A stretch of 63,612 bases of DNA, filler included, from Phoronis australis (Eukaryota > Animalia > Phoronida), in the NCBI GenBank assembly GCA_002633005.1. It is 8 parts of 8 records of this genome, joined end to end, with 100 filler letters (N's around TTAATTAATTAA, not from the genome) between each part and the next. Parts side by side here need not be neighbours in the genome. Positions count along the whole stretch, not along the records: positions 1 to 29,150 come from NMRA01000633.1; 7 more parts are not named here. One strand, 5' to 3'. The notes below the pieces were generated by a model that saw only the letters and a program-made list of their open reading frames with translations, was not told where the DNA came from and did not search any database. The position numbers and the translations under genes are program-made. Each line of letters starts with the position of its first letter. The stretch's first letter is position 1. Below, in pieces: positions 13,101 through 25,139 of the stretch.

Positions 13101-14310
13101 ATTTTCATGTCTTAGCTTCTAGACTTCTTTTGATCACACCATTGGGAAAGAATTACGAAAACTGCTGATTTGCATAATTTGAAATAAGGACTGTATCGCA
13201 AAAAAACAGATTTTATGCTATCGTGATGACCAGATGGATGGAGAGTTGATGGACCCTGCGAGCAGACAATTACCTCGGCAAAAAACACTTACTCGATATT
13301 GGGTCACAATTTCTTATAAAGACCTTAGCTTTCAGTGTACATTAGATACTGTATGCATTCACATGTTTTCGTTGGATTTAAATTAGATTTTTGGCTGATT
13401 TTGTTGGCTGGGTTAAGCTGTTTAGCTTGACTGATTTATGATGATCCAGACTGAAACTTCAGAGTTTTCATCAGCAAATCTTTTCTATTTTTAGTAAAAC
13501 TGCTTTTCAGGAACGATGGCTTGGATTAATGATTTAGGTGACCCAAATTAACAACCTCAATCAAACGTGGCGTTGCACATATGAATTTACTTCACCAGGA
13601 GACTACTCACCAACCGTGAAATACGGCTTCTACCATTGCATACGACCTCCACCGTGGTAAACAGATTGGCTCTACTTTACCCTATTTCATAATTGACAAC
13701 GAGACGTATACAATATCCATATTTTCACATATGGGATTAATACATATATCCCACATACATAAGAATACTACTGTCATATCCTATCAAGAATTCATTTCAT
13801 CTGGGAATATCTCAACGAGACCAAAGTTTGATTTTAGACATTCTCAGATGAAATGAATTTGAGATGGGATATTGTAGCAATACTCCTATGTGAGTGGGAT
13901 AGCCTATTTACAGCGACATCCACACACAGACTTGCCCCAGAACAAGTTACTGCTAAAACAAGTTGTCGCTAGGTTTGAGGGCTATGCGGATGCTATTTAA
14001 ACTTGTGCAACTCCCCCCACTTGCGACAGTCTCGTCCACAAACAGACTTAACCTAGAACAACTTGTACAGGTTGACACAGCCCAGTTTCTATGGTAATTG
14101 ACTTTAAATTAATGTTCCTCATTAAGGTCCTACATAACTGTAACTGGTGATACAACTTGCTTGAAGATGACAGTTTGTGTTTGTGTTTGTGCCTTACTTG
14201 AAGATGACAGTTTGTGTTTGTGTTTGCGCCTTGGTTGAAGATGACAGTTTGTGCTTGTGCCTTGCTTAAAGATGACAGTTTCCTTATTGCAGGCTACCAG
14301 CAATTTACAT
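10131..14310 (+). repeat. ~2.09-kb near-identical tandem duplication joined by one N
   Basis: 10131-12219 and 12221-14310 both start TTGGCTGACCATTGAGCTA and end GGCTACCAGCAATTTACAT; scattered substitutions and small indels; N at 12220. Confidence 0.95.
11656..11810. repeat. 155-bp fold-back (MITE-like palindrome); second copy at 13747-13901
   Basis: Arm TATCCCACATACATAAGAATACTACTG...AATTCATTTCATCTGGGAAT pairs with ATTCCCAGATGAAATGAATT...CCTATGTGAGTGGGATA. Confidence 0.75.
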
Positions 14311-14826
14311 AAGAATTATAATATTATATGATATAATTTTGATTGGTATAGGAAAAGTATACGAAATACTCCAACATGCAAAATTGGTTCAATACACAAC
14401 ACTTGTCGTTATTTAAGCTATCTTTATTCCATTCCGTTGGTATCCTCGGAACAAAGTTCAACACTCAACAAAACATTGGTAAAGCAACTGACCAAGAGAC
14501 ATGATTAAAAGACACACAATATTTCAAAACATACTTGTTTCATTCTCATGTGGAAATAAAATGACACAAATATTCCATCCAAAAAATTTCATGCTTTTGC
14601 AGTTTTGATCAACCCGAAGAATAATTTTTGCAAACAAATTAAGAAGTAAATGCGATGATACGAGGTCCTCCTACTGTACTTACACTCGTTGGTGCAACCC
14701 CACGCTTTAGAGGTATTTGGGTACACTCCAGGCACGTTGCTGGATAGTTGTTTACCATAACTAGTTTACAATTTATTGACTTCTACTAAAACAACAATTG
14801 CAGTTCATGGTTCATGGCCAGTGAGA

Positions 14827-14952
14827 TTTGAATATTTAATATACAGGTATTTGAATATTTAATGTACAGGTATTTGAATATTTAATGTACAGGTATTTGA
14901 ATATTTAATGTACAGGTATTTGAATATTTAATGTACAGGTATTTGAATATTT
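14827..14952 (+). repeat. 23-bp minisatellite, ~5.5 copies
   Basis: Unit TTTGAATATTTAATGTACAGGTA. Confidence 0.95.
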
Positions 14953-15019
14953 TTAAGCGTGGCTATCGTGTGACCAAGTGCATTTTGTTGGACTGTGGTA
15001 AAATGATGCGATGTGCTAC

Positions 15020-15490
15020 TTGTCTGTCGTGCAGTGCAGTGACTGGGCTAGTGACGGGGCACAAGCTGAAGGGTAACAGTGGATGGTTTGGTCTTTCGTG
15101 CAGTGCAGTGACTGGGCTAGTGACAGTACAAGCTGAAGGGTAGCAGTCTATGGTTCGGTCTGTCATGCAGTGCAGTCACTGGGCTAGTGACTGAGTACAA
15201 GCTGTCATGCATTGCAATGACTGGACTGGTGACTGAGTACAAGCTGGAGGGCAACAGTCCAGGTTCGTTCGTCTCTGTCATTCAGCAAAGTGTCTGGGCT
15301 GGTGGCTGAGTACAATCTGAAGGACAATAGCGGATGGTATGGTCTCTGTCATGCAGTGCTGTGCAGTGTCTGGGCTGGTGGCTAAGTACAAGTTGAAGGG
15401 CAACACCCCAATTGGCTAATGGTCTCTGTCATGCAGTGAAGTGTCTGGGCTGGTGACTGAATACAAGATGAATGGCAACAGCCCATGGTT
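15020..15490 (+). repeat. Degenerate ~60-70-bp minisatellite, ~7 copies
   Basis: Recurring core CTGTCATGCAGTGCAGTG(A/T)CTGGGCT(A/G)GTGACTGAGTACAAGCTGAAGGG. Confidence 0.85.
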
Positions 15491-15699
15491 TGACTTATTT
15501 TCGTTGTGGATGGGTTTGTGGCTGTTTGTTTTAAAAGTATTATGAAGTCATTATCTTACAATATCAAATGGTTCTCAACTAGTTCCTTTTGGGGTTCAGA
15601 TAAGTCAGAGGATCCTAGATTTGGCAGGAGCTGGCAGTGACTGAGTCCAGGTTCAGGAGTGAGCTTGACCCAGCTGCACTGAGCATGGCCTCAATGTAC

Positions 15700-15930
15700 A
15701 TTATATGTGAGCATTGTCTCTGTGTATGCTAAATGTGAGCATGATATCAGTGTGCACTAAATGTGAGCTCGGTCTCAGTGTACGCTAAATTTGAGCAGAT
15801 GTACGCTACATGTTTTGGTCTCGGTGTGTGCTACATGTTTTGGTCTCGGTGTGTGCTACATGTTTTGGTCTCGGTGTGTGCTACATGTTAGCATGGTCAC
15901 AGTGTATCTAAATGTGAGCATGGTCTCGGC
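15700..15930 (+). repeat. 25-bp minisatellite
   Basis: GCTACATGTTTTGGTCTCGGTGTGT x3 from 15805, with diverged CTAAATGTGAGCATGGTCTC-type units on both sides. Confidence 0.85.
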
Positions 15931-16053
15931 ACATGCTGTTCTAGGACTTTTCACTAATTCAAGCACATTCTAGACCTCTCCGGAATCTACCCAATCATTC
16001 TACAAACATATACAACGCTCTAGAGTGTTCCTGATTACATTAATCACATCTAG

Positions 16054-16073
16054 AGAATCTTCTAGAATGTTCC
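16054..16073. promoter_or_regulatory. Perfect four-unit heat-shock element motif
   Basis: aGAAtcTTCtaGAAtgTTCc, inside a TTCTAGA-rich stretch (15937-16075). Motif match only; no adjacent gene seen. Confidence 0.4.
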
Positions 16074-16456
16074 ACACTATTCTTTGGTAAGCGAATTACA
16101 TCATCACTGTTCTGACCTCAAAGGTCATGCCAATCAAGAACTATCTACTAAAACACAAACAGAACAATAGAACAAAATAATAAACCTAACAGTGTCAGTC
16201 CACTTCTGCCATACTCTTTACTAAATGTTGCGAGATGGTACTTTCGTCAGAAATTTTTAAAAAGAGATTTTTGACGATCTTTCTTGTTCCATGCCTCTCT
16301 AAGAAAAATGTGGAAATGACCGCGTCCTACTGAAATTCACTATCCTGCCCCATAGTCTTTGTTGGACAGGCATCCAGTGCCATCAACAGATCTCAATTGT
16401 AAGGGCTGTTTGAATCTACTGACATGAACAATGTTAACACCTTGCCTGGTACCAGG

Positions 16457-16650
16457 ATGCCCACTAATTTCTATTGCTGTGCGGTGGGGTGTACTAATGG
16501 CTTATAGAAAAGGCAAACCTCTTGAAATATCCCTGGATGAAAGACATCATGTCCTGTACAATTCCTAATTCTGCTAAGAAGAATCCATGGCTGCAGTCAG
16601 TTGGGCTGCAACTAATGAAGTGGAGAATTTCGATCCCAGTCCATGTGAAG
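16457..16650 (+). pseudogene. Decayed THAP-domain ORF (transposon-derived)
   Basis: MPTNFYCCAVGCTNGL* then, after a frameshift, KYPWMKDIMSCTIPNSAKKNPWLQ; resembles the remnant at 49715-49964. Confidence 0.5.
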
Positions 16651-16978
16651 AAAATAAAGTAAATTAGTGGACTTATTAACCTATTCAAACAGTGGGAGGA
16701 GACTGACTGTGAGATTTATTCCTCTGTTTTAAATGAAGGAACCACTATGTTAGTAATTGAATTTCTGTCCACCAAATGTGAGTCAGGATCAAGCCAAAGT
16801 TGCCTTTGAGCTCTCAGTGATAATGTGAAAAGTGCGCAGATTGTTACTACAACAAAAACTTTAGAGCTTCACGTTTTCTACTTTCGGGAGCTGAAAAAGG
16901 TCGGCAGATTGAAGTAAATATGTTAGTGTCTAGAATGGATGGGTCATGCGTTAGTTCAGTGGTGTATCTTAAAATTTT

Positions 16979-17053
16979 CCGATACCAACATTACCCCCGA
17001 TACCAACATTACCCCCGATACCAACATTACCCCCGATACCAACATTACCCCCG
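16979..17053 (+). repeat. 18-bp minisatellite x4
   Basis: Unit CCGATACCAACATTACCC. Confidence 0.95.
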
Positions 17054-17107
17054 AGCTAAATTTATTGATTATGTATGGACATGCATTTACGTGCACTTTT
17101 AAGGATA

Positions 17108-17288
17108 TCTTGGTCATGTTATTTGGAGGTGGCTGATTCTTGGTCATGTTATTTGGAGGTGGCTGATTCTTGGTCATGTTATTTGGAGGTTGCTGATTCT
17201 TGGTCATGTTATTTGGAGGTGGCTGATTCTTGGTCATGTTATTTGGAGGTGGCTGATTCTTGGTCATGTTATTTGGAGGTGGCTGATT
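17108..17288 (+). repeat. 30-bp minisatellite x6
   Basis: Unit TCTTGGTCATGTTATTTGGAGGTGGCTGAT, with one variant unit. Confidence 0.95.
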
Positions 17289-17982
17289 ATCCGAGTATGG
17301 GCAATTAAAAGAGAAAATTTCGGTGTTGGGTAGTGTGTTGAGCATGGATAGATAACTCGGACAAGTTCGGTAGTGAACCTAAATAGTTTGAGAAAACTGA
17401 AATTGGAATGTTGGCTATTATTTTTTTTTTTCTGCAAAATTGAATAGAGATTACCATATGATAGCATTGGGTTTTTAAGCGCTTCAAAGAAAAGCCTGTT
17501 TGATGTTAAATTGTAACAATTTGCATCCCGTTTTCTACTTGCTATGAAACCTGAATGCTACACCTATGAACCTGTTGACATTTGATATGACATGCGGGAC
17601 ATTGTGTTTTATCATTACACTTTCTCTATACTTGAGTTGTCTGTTTTTACTTGAGTTGTCTGTTTTTACTTGAGGTGTCTGTTGCTTGAGGTGCAACAAC
17701 AAGGAAGTTCCCCCGTCTGTCTTATCATGATATCACCTGGTCACATTTACGTCATTCTCTTGTTTGTTGAGTGTTGTGACGTTCTGCCTCCAGTGATGAA
17801 ACCATCATTCTCAGAAGGCTGTTGCTTCAGCTTTATTTAGTTGTTGTGTTTTTGGGCAATTACAATTTTCACCACCCTCTAACTTAAGAATGTCTGTCTT
17901 TTCTTCATATCAGTGAGTGTGTGACAAGTGATGTCTGGCAGTTTTAAAGTAATCAACTCAATGGGGACCAGGACATCTTTTA

Positions 17983-17990
<8 letters not shown>

Positions 17991-18050
<60 letters not shown>
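17991..18050. repeat. (TA)n microsatellite
   Basis: About 30 TA units preceded by a short (TG)n. Confidence 0.98.
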
Positions 18051-18053
<3 letters not shown>

Positions 18054-18683
18054 CAGAGGTGATTGTTAGGAGTTTAAAGGCAATTGTTAGAAGTTAGATC
18101 CATTCAGGTATCTACTGTGCTGTCTCAGCTGCCTTTGTGTTAAAGATACCACATCCGTACATATTCGCCTTGAGTCAGCTCCTTTGACTTCAGGTATAAC
18201 TTTGACTTGATTGGAAGAGCTTTGTTCTGGGCTCCAGTAAAACTTTGAGCTTGTTATAGTTATCAGTTAACTGGTTCAATTTATGGTAATTAACCACAGT
18301 GTTTACTGATTTGACCTGAATGCTTGTCATCATATTGATGTCTGTTGCTGGTTTCATTAATGTTTTGCCCATCAAAATTGCCTGTTGACCTTACACAGTA
18401 GTGTGTGCGTGCGTGCTTGCGTGCGTGTGTATGCTTGCGTGCATGTGTTTATAGATGCTTGTGACAGATATTAATCAACTCTAGTGTGTAAAAGATGTGT
18501 TTTCTTATCGCACCTGTTACACCTTGATTTAGTGACTGAGCAAGAGTCAATCTCAACACTATCAGCTGTCAACAGTAACTCTTCACATGCCAGGTGTTGA
18601 TGAAGGGGGGGCTTTCCATAAGACCGATTGGCAGAGACAGGGCACTGCACTGCCAACTCAGTATTAGGTGGCTCACTTGTGTC

Positions 18684-18925
18684 TATTTTGACGTCTCACA
18701 ACTAAGGTATAGTGCAGGTATTTTGACACCTCACAACTAAGGTAGATAGTGGAGGTATTTTGACGTCTCACAACTAAGGTAGATAGTGGAGGTATTTTGA
18801 CGTCTCACAGCTAAGGTAGATAGTGTATGTATTTTGACGTCTCACAACTAAGGCAGATAGTGGAGGTATTTTGACGTGTCACAACTAAGGTAGATAGTGT
18901 AGGTATTTTGACGTCTCACAACTAT
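18684..18925 (+). repeat. 37-bp minisatellite, ~6.5 copies
   Basis: Unit TATTTTGACGTCTCACAACTAAGGTAGATAGTGGAGG. Confidence 0.95.
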
Positions 18926-19028
18926 TAGGACCGTAGTGTTGGTGTTTTGTCACTGCTGTTTGATTATGTAGTTTGCCTTGCAACTTACTAGTAGAGGGAG
19001 TGTACTGGTATTGATTTGAGTATCATTA

Positions 19029-20410
19029 TTTTTATGCGCCCACATATTTATATGTGGACGCATTATGCCGTCATCTCCGTCCGTCCGTCCGTCCGGGCGG
19101 CGTCCGTCCAGCGTCCGCTGCTTTATCTTCAAAACCCTTTGACATACGTTCATGAAATTTGGCACATATGTTCCATTCATGAATGGGACGGCATGTGCGA
19201 ACTTTCGGACGGATCCGACTACCAGTGTGTCCCCTAGTGGCAATTTTAGTTTTTTACGCTTGCCTTTGTATCTTCAAAAGTCCTGAACGGATTTTCATGA
19301 AATTTGGTATGTAGGCACCTATTAGTGAGATGACGCCATCCTCCTGTTTTCAGATGGATTCAACATAGTTTGTGCCACCTAGTGGCCATTTTTAGTGTTT
19401 TCGAGTCTGTATTTTTGCGTTCACCCCTCTGTCAACCAAACCGCTCAAAGGATGATTGTGAAAATTGGCATGTATATGCTTACTATGTAGAGGACGGTTG
19501 ACGATGATTTTCCGACGATTTCGACTACTGTGGCGCCTCCTAGTGGCAGTTTTGTTTTTTTCTGCGCCTATGGCTGTATCTCCTAAACCGTTCGCAGGAT
19601 CTTTACAAAATTGTGTAAGTATATTAATATGATGTTAACAACGAAAGATGACGACTTTTGGACGGATCCGACTACTGGTGTGCCCCCTAGTGGCAATTTT
19701 AATTTTTTTACGCTTACCTTTGTATCTTCAAAAGTCCTGAACGGATTTTCATGAAATTTGGTATGTAGGCACCTATTAGTGAGATGACGCTATCCTCCCG
19801 TTTTCAGATGGATTCGACATAGTTTGCGCCACCTAGTGGCCATTTTTACTGTTTTCGAGTCTGTATTTTTGCGTCCACCCCTCTATCAACCAAACCGCTC
19901 AAAGGATGATTGTGAAAATTGGCGTGTATGTGCTTACTATAAAGAGGACAGTTGAGAATGATTTTCAGACGATTTGGACTACTGTGGCGCCTCCTAGTGG
20001 CAATTTTGTTTTTTTTTTGCGCCCATGGCTGTATCTCCTAAATCGTTCGCAGGATTTTTACGAAATTTAATAATTGTATTTATATTATGTTAACAACAGA
20101 TGATGACGACTTTTGGACGGATCCGTCTACCAGTGTGCCCCCTAGTGGCAATTTTATTTTTTTACGTTTACCTCTGTATCTTCACAAGTCGTTAACGGAT
20201 TTTCGTGAAATTTGGTATGTAGGCACCTATTAGTGCGATGACGCTATCCTCCCATTTTCGGATGGATTCGACCTAGTTTGCGACACCTAGTGGCCATTTT
20301 TACTGTTTTTGAGTCTGTTTTTTGGCGTCCACCCCTCTTTCCACCAAACCGCTATAAGTATGATTGTGAAAATTGGCATGTATGTTCTTACAATGAAGAG
20401 GACGGTTATC
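19029..20410 (+). mobile_element. Helentron-associated (DINE-1/HINE-like) non-autonomous element with internal satellite
   Basis: T-run, then hairpin ATGCGCCCACATAT-tt-ATATGTGGACGCAT (19034-19063), (CCGT)n microsatellite (19077-19094), then ~150-bp tandem monomers. This is the DINE-1/HINE architecture. No matching 3' subterminal repeat found, so probably truncated. Confidence 0.7.
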
Positions 20411-21959
20411 TAGCCATTGCATTGCCCTGGATTTTAAATGTAGCATGACTCCTGTTATTTGGAAGATATATCTCACTATGTTTGTAATCTGAGGTTGTGG
20501 TACCTTGAGGGAAGGTTCTATCCCAGGTATCACCCAGATGTGTGGTGTGAAATTTTGTGGAAGAAAAACCTTCCCCCAGCTTCCAGGTCAGGTAAGGTTG
20601 TAATCTGAGGTGTTATCTAGAGGACAGGTTATCTTGGATATCGATATGGTATCTAATGTGATGTGTTGTGGCAAATGGGAGTCTATCAGAAGTAGATTTA
20701 GAAGACTAGGTTGCGGTATGTGATGGAACGATTAATTAAGGTTCTGTTGGAGTCTAGAAAAATGCCCAAATTTTGCTGACTTTGAATCTTCAGAGTGTCA
20801 TAAATGGCTGATTGGATTCATGTGAAACTTTCACATATTATGCTGAGTGGGTGAGGATTTATCTCTTTTCATTACTTCCTGTGTTCGTGAACACAATCAC
20901 AGAGGTGTGCGGCAACTCGGACCCAGTACATTAGCTCTCAGTAGTCCATGCATGCAGACGCATGACTACATCAGGATTAAAATTACATTTTGTCCCCGTT
21001 TGCTGGCGGGGCCCAGCATCTTTCCATCCTGTGACACCTCGTTGACTTAGTATTATGGCAACTGGGTGAGTGAACAGATTCTAGAAAATACAAGTCTTGT
21101 CATATTGTTGTCAGCCTGACACTCTCTCCAGTTAATTGTTGAAGACTTGCTTGGCTTTATCATGATGCTTCCAATTTTGATAGTATTCACTGAAAACACC
21201 ATGTCATGTTGTGGTTTCCGTATTTATCCAATGACAAAGTGTTGATATCCATGAGTAAATGTATCCGCAACCGCTGGTCATGTGACAGTCACGTGTACGC
21301 AAATGTACACTATCTATCCTTGCCACTTTAGACTCACTTCTTTTCTCTTGTTTGTTGAGAGATCCCTGATTAAGGTGTCAACTAGAATAACTTTTCCTTT
21401 TAATTTTTATTGCATCTAGTGCTTGTGAGTAGAGGTAAAAATTTAAGCCATTGGGAAAATCTCCAATGAGCTTAGAATTCATGTGAGGGCTGTAACCAGC
21501 TTGCATTGTGCCTGACCTAGGTATGGCGTTTTCTCTAATAATTCGTACACGTGAGTAGTTCGTACACAGCCCTTGAAACATGGCATTTGCCTCTTATAGC
21601 TTGTACAGTAAGAATCAATGGGAAAAATAGTTTTTGCACTTATTTGTGTCAGGGGGGGAGGGAAGAAATAATTCATACTCTTTTTGGATAGCTAAAATGG
21701 AAATTTGTTTTCTCTTAAAAGAACACAAATCAATAAGTGCCAATTCTATTTGCGTAATCGGAATCCATGGTTTGATAATACTACACCAGTGTAGGGCTCG
21801 AAAAGTCGTTTTTGAGATTGCTATTTTGACGACAGCAAGATTTTCCATTGTGTTGCCAAATGGTGGTAAGAATGCTATAGCAGCGGATTTTCCCAACACA
21901 GGTTCTGTTGTCCTCAATTTAGTCCTTCACGAATAAATTTACAAAATTGTGGAGTACTT

Positions 21960-22760
21960 ACCTGTGCGCTCCTGCGGCGTTGTTAGAGCTGATTCGGGCG
22001 ACTATAGCGCAGACGACGAGTGAACACCCAGCGTTCTGCTTGGACTGCAACTAATTCTCACGTGGCAAATGTGCAGAAGTGTATGTGTGCATTAGGTTCA
22101 CGTGTTGCAGTGGTTACATCATACATTATGTATGGTTACAGTCGCGTGACATGAGTACAACTGTGTGCGCTACGCGTATTAGCCGTCAAGCTCTGAGTCA
22201 GAGAGCAATTAATTAGTTGTTTGACAAAATAAATGTTTGAAAAACTCATTCAGGTGTGTTTTTGAATTGTCACCGTGAGGCTTTATGGACTGTCTTATCT
22301 CCAACGCCCTGCACCACTCATTTGCTGTCATGTGAAACACGCTAGGCAGGGAAGTTAATCGGACTTGAGTGGGCGTGAGTCAGTCGTCAATCAAAAGCTA
22401 CTGCAAAATAAGGCTTCTCAACTGCAAGTATTTGCTTAATTTTTTGCTTAAAAATACTAATGACTTTGACTGGAGATCATGAGTCTTTAGTAAACCGGTA
22501 CAGTGGGGATCCTGGGAATATTTCGTATACATATCTGTGTCAGTAAAATTAACTTGTTGACATAGCACCAATTAGTCTGGTAATTGGCACCTGCAGTTTG
22601 CTATACGACTACATTAGTGATGAGGTCTAACCAATGAGTACTCGAAAGTTCGTTGTCTGAATAGGAACTGGGACTCGGTGCTCGACATTACGAGCTGGAA
22701 ATGCGAGCCGAGACAACTTGCGACCTGGAATTTACCATGTAGGCGAGTCCAGTTTTTGGC
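21960..22760 (-). mobile_element. Diverged internal fragment related to the Tc2-like element
   Basis: CTGAGTCAGAGAGCA...TTTGAAAAACT and CTGTCTTATCTC shared with 9535-9690; TGCGACCTGGAATTT is the reverse complement of 7783-7797. Boundaries approximate. Confidence 0.45.
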
Positions 22761-24945
22761 AGCAAGTAGATATCTGGCAAACATGTCGTTGGAATCCGGC
22801 CGTTATTTTGTTGTTGCCTAATCAACGCCAGAAATTTGTAACATTCTTGATCCCCTAGGTGACGCTTTGCGCCATGTCCCTAACCAATCGTAACAACGCA
22901 TAGTAAGGTTAAAGGTCAGGAAGCTTGGGCGCTAGTACCGTGAGCCCCAGTGAAGTCAATATAATCTGCAGAGCAATACTTGTCAAGTTTACAATAACAG
23001 TCTTTGGAATTTCTGGAACGCCACAGTCTACAGTATGACAGTGCTAGCTGGGTCATTGGGGTCACAGCTCTAGGCCTACACATAAGCACAACAAAAGTGA
23101 ATTGAACACCAGGCAGCCGGCGTGTGCGTGCAGCCTAAGCGGGCTGCCAAAGCGCTTTTTATTAATCTTCAGATGTTTGCCAATACATATTTGTGTCCGG
23201 AATCCACTCCAATGTAACAGTATTAAAATAAGACGAAAGGACAACGTTCTGTGGATCACAAAACGAAACAACATTTTGAAGATAACCAGTATCAACTATA
23301 CTCACAGGCGAAAAACCTGCATAAAACTGTATAAAATCCGACTTTTTTCAAACTTCAAAAGTATTTCTAAACTCATACCGGATGAGAAAATGAACATAAC
23401 AGTTTCTTACCGATTCTGAGGTAATCTCTCATCTATACAGAGTGCAAATTCCATTGCAAGACAGCCGGGCGATCGGCAACATTTAATCTCACAGCACTGT
23501 ACGTGGATCCATTTTCTGAACACAAGAGACGTGGAAAAATTTTCGAAAAACAGCATGAAATTTGGACCAGCAACCTCTGAGTACTCCTGGTAATCACCTC
23601 CGCTATCGGCAAATCCGATGGCAAAATGAATTCAGCCACAAACTTGACTTCAAAATGAGCTATGCGCTCAAATATGGGCTTCCGGACGATCGTTAACATA
23701 GGCCAGAATGGGGCAAACTTCAAACTTCAAGAGACGTGGAAAAATTTTCACCAATAACGCTGATATTTGGCAGTAACAAATCTTAACATACACTCTATGA
23801 GACAGGCTATCGGCAAATTGTGCAGTTATCTCCCCTCGCTTATAAATTCCTGATTATAGCCTGCTCTTGTGTATTTCTTATGGAGGGCTGCTGGCAAGAT
23901 TTAGCGCATGCGCAGTAGTGCATGTTACAAATTTCTGGCGTTGCAAGTTCCAACATTAACAGAGAACATCCATCTTCCTTGAGTTGTAAACATGTCACGG
24001 GAACCGATGGGGTAATTTAGAACGGATCTTTGACATGTTTCATTGGGTAGCGTTTTTGGCTGCTTTTGCAAATTTTTGGTTACGCCAAAAAATTTCAGAC
24101 CATGGCATGAACATGTGATAAAACGTCACAGCGATGTTTCATTGACGACCAACTTACCCACTTTGTAATGAAAAACATTTATTTTTATGGAAGATGTCCT
24201 GATTAGCCTTTTACAATATCCCCAACAATATCTCACCGCAGCCCTGGTTAGTCCCGGCGGATGAAAGTGACTTGGAAATGACGTCAAGTAACAGCTTGTT
24301 TAAATATACATCTGGTTTTTTATGGCAAAACGGCAAACAAGTTCTCAAAGCCCTTCTTTCTGGGGCTAATGCAGGAATGTCTGAGTCACCTGTTACTCAC
24401 ATAGATTATTGCTGTTATGTGACATGCCCTCCAGCTATTCAAGTGTCAGGGAACTTATGTGCACCCCATTCCAAGAGAACAGCGACTGTCCCAATTAATG
24501 CAGTATACCAGCTAAATGTTTAAGCGGCCCGCGGAGTGTTTACCTGACAATGACCTTGGACACCCTGGGGTTATAAAAGACCCCATGCTTTGCGATATTC
24601 CTCGGGCCCAATGTTCCCGGAACTGCTATGTCTTCTGTGGCTCGATGTCCTGTAGGGCCAGCTGTTTACGATCTTTTTTTTTCAGTTGACTACGTCGTAG
24701 GTTTTACTGACTTGAATCCATTAGAAGAATTTTGTTCTGGCTGAAACTGGCCAAATGAATGTGGAAACAAAGTTATTCAGTCCATGTGACTAAACAGGTA
24801 GGTGGAACCATAGACTATAGTACATGGACCACCAACTCCGTATACTTTCAATGGACGAAATCTGTGAGCTTACGCACAAGCCCTTACGTCATTATTCACT
24901 GGCGACACCTGGCTAAATTTTCAGGTGCAATTTCGTCTGCTAATC

Positions 24946-25139
24946 ATGGTCGGCTACTGTGTGGCCGGTTGTTCGGCCACACACGCGAAATGCAAAGGAA
25001 TGGCTTCCATACCATCCGAAGACCCCATAATCGGCTGTGGGAAGAAAACCTTACTTCTTGTGTCAATGTGAATGGCAGTTGTTTCAGCAATAAGACTTTA
25101 TACATTTGTTCAAGGTACTTCGAAGATGAATGTTTTTAA
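24946..25139 (+). pseudogene. Decayed THAP-domain ORF (transposon-derived)
   Basis: MVGYCVAGCS... then, after a frameshift, GFHTIRRPHNRLWEENL...FSNKTLYICSRYFEDECF. THAP hallmarks present (N-terminal Cys pair, central W, ICSxHF with H changed to Y). Confidence 0.55.

Noticed and set aside
16920-17345. Repetitive ORFs (PPPNNMTKNQ, RYQHYP, SWSCYLEVAD)
   Set aside because: Translations of the 18- and 30-bp minisatellites, open on both strands only because unit length is a multiple of three; no splice or homology support.
17108-18925. CRISPR-like regular repeats (30 and 37 bp)
   Set aside because: Units are head-to-tail with no unique spacers, there are no cas genes, and the context is eukaryotic.
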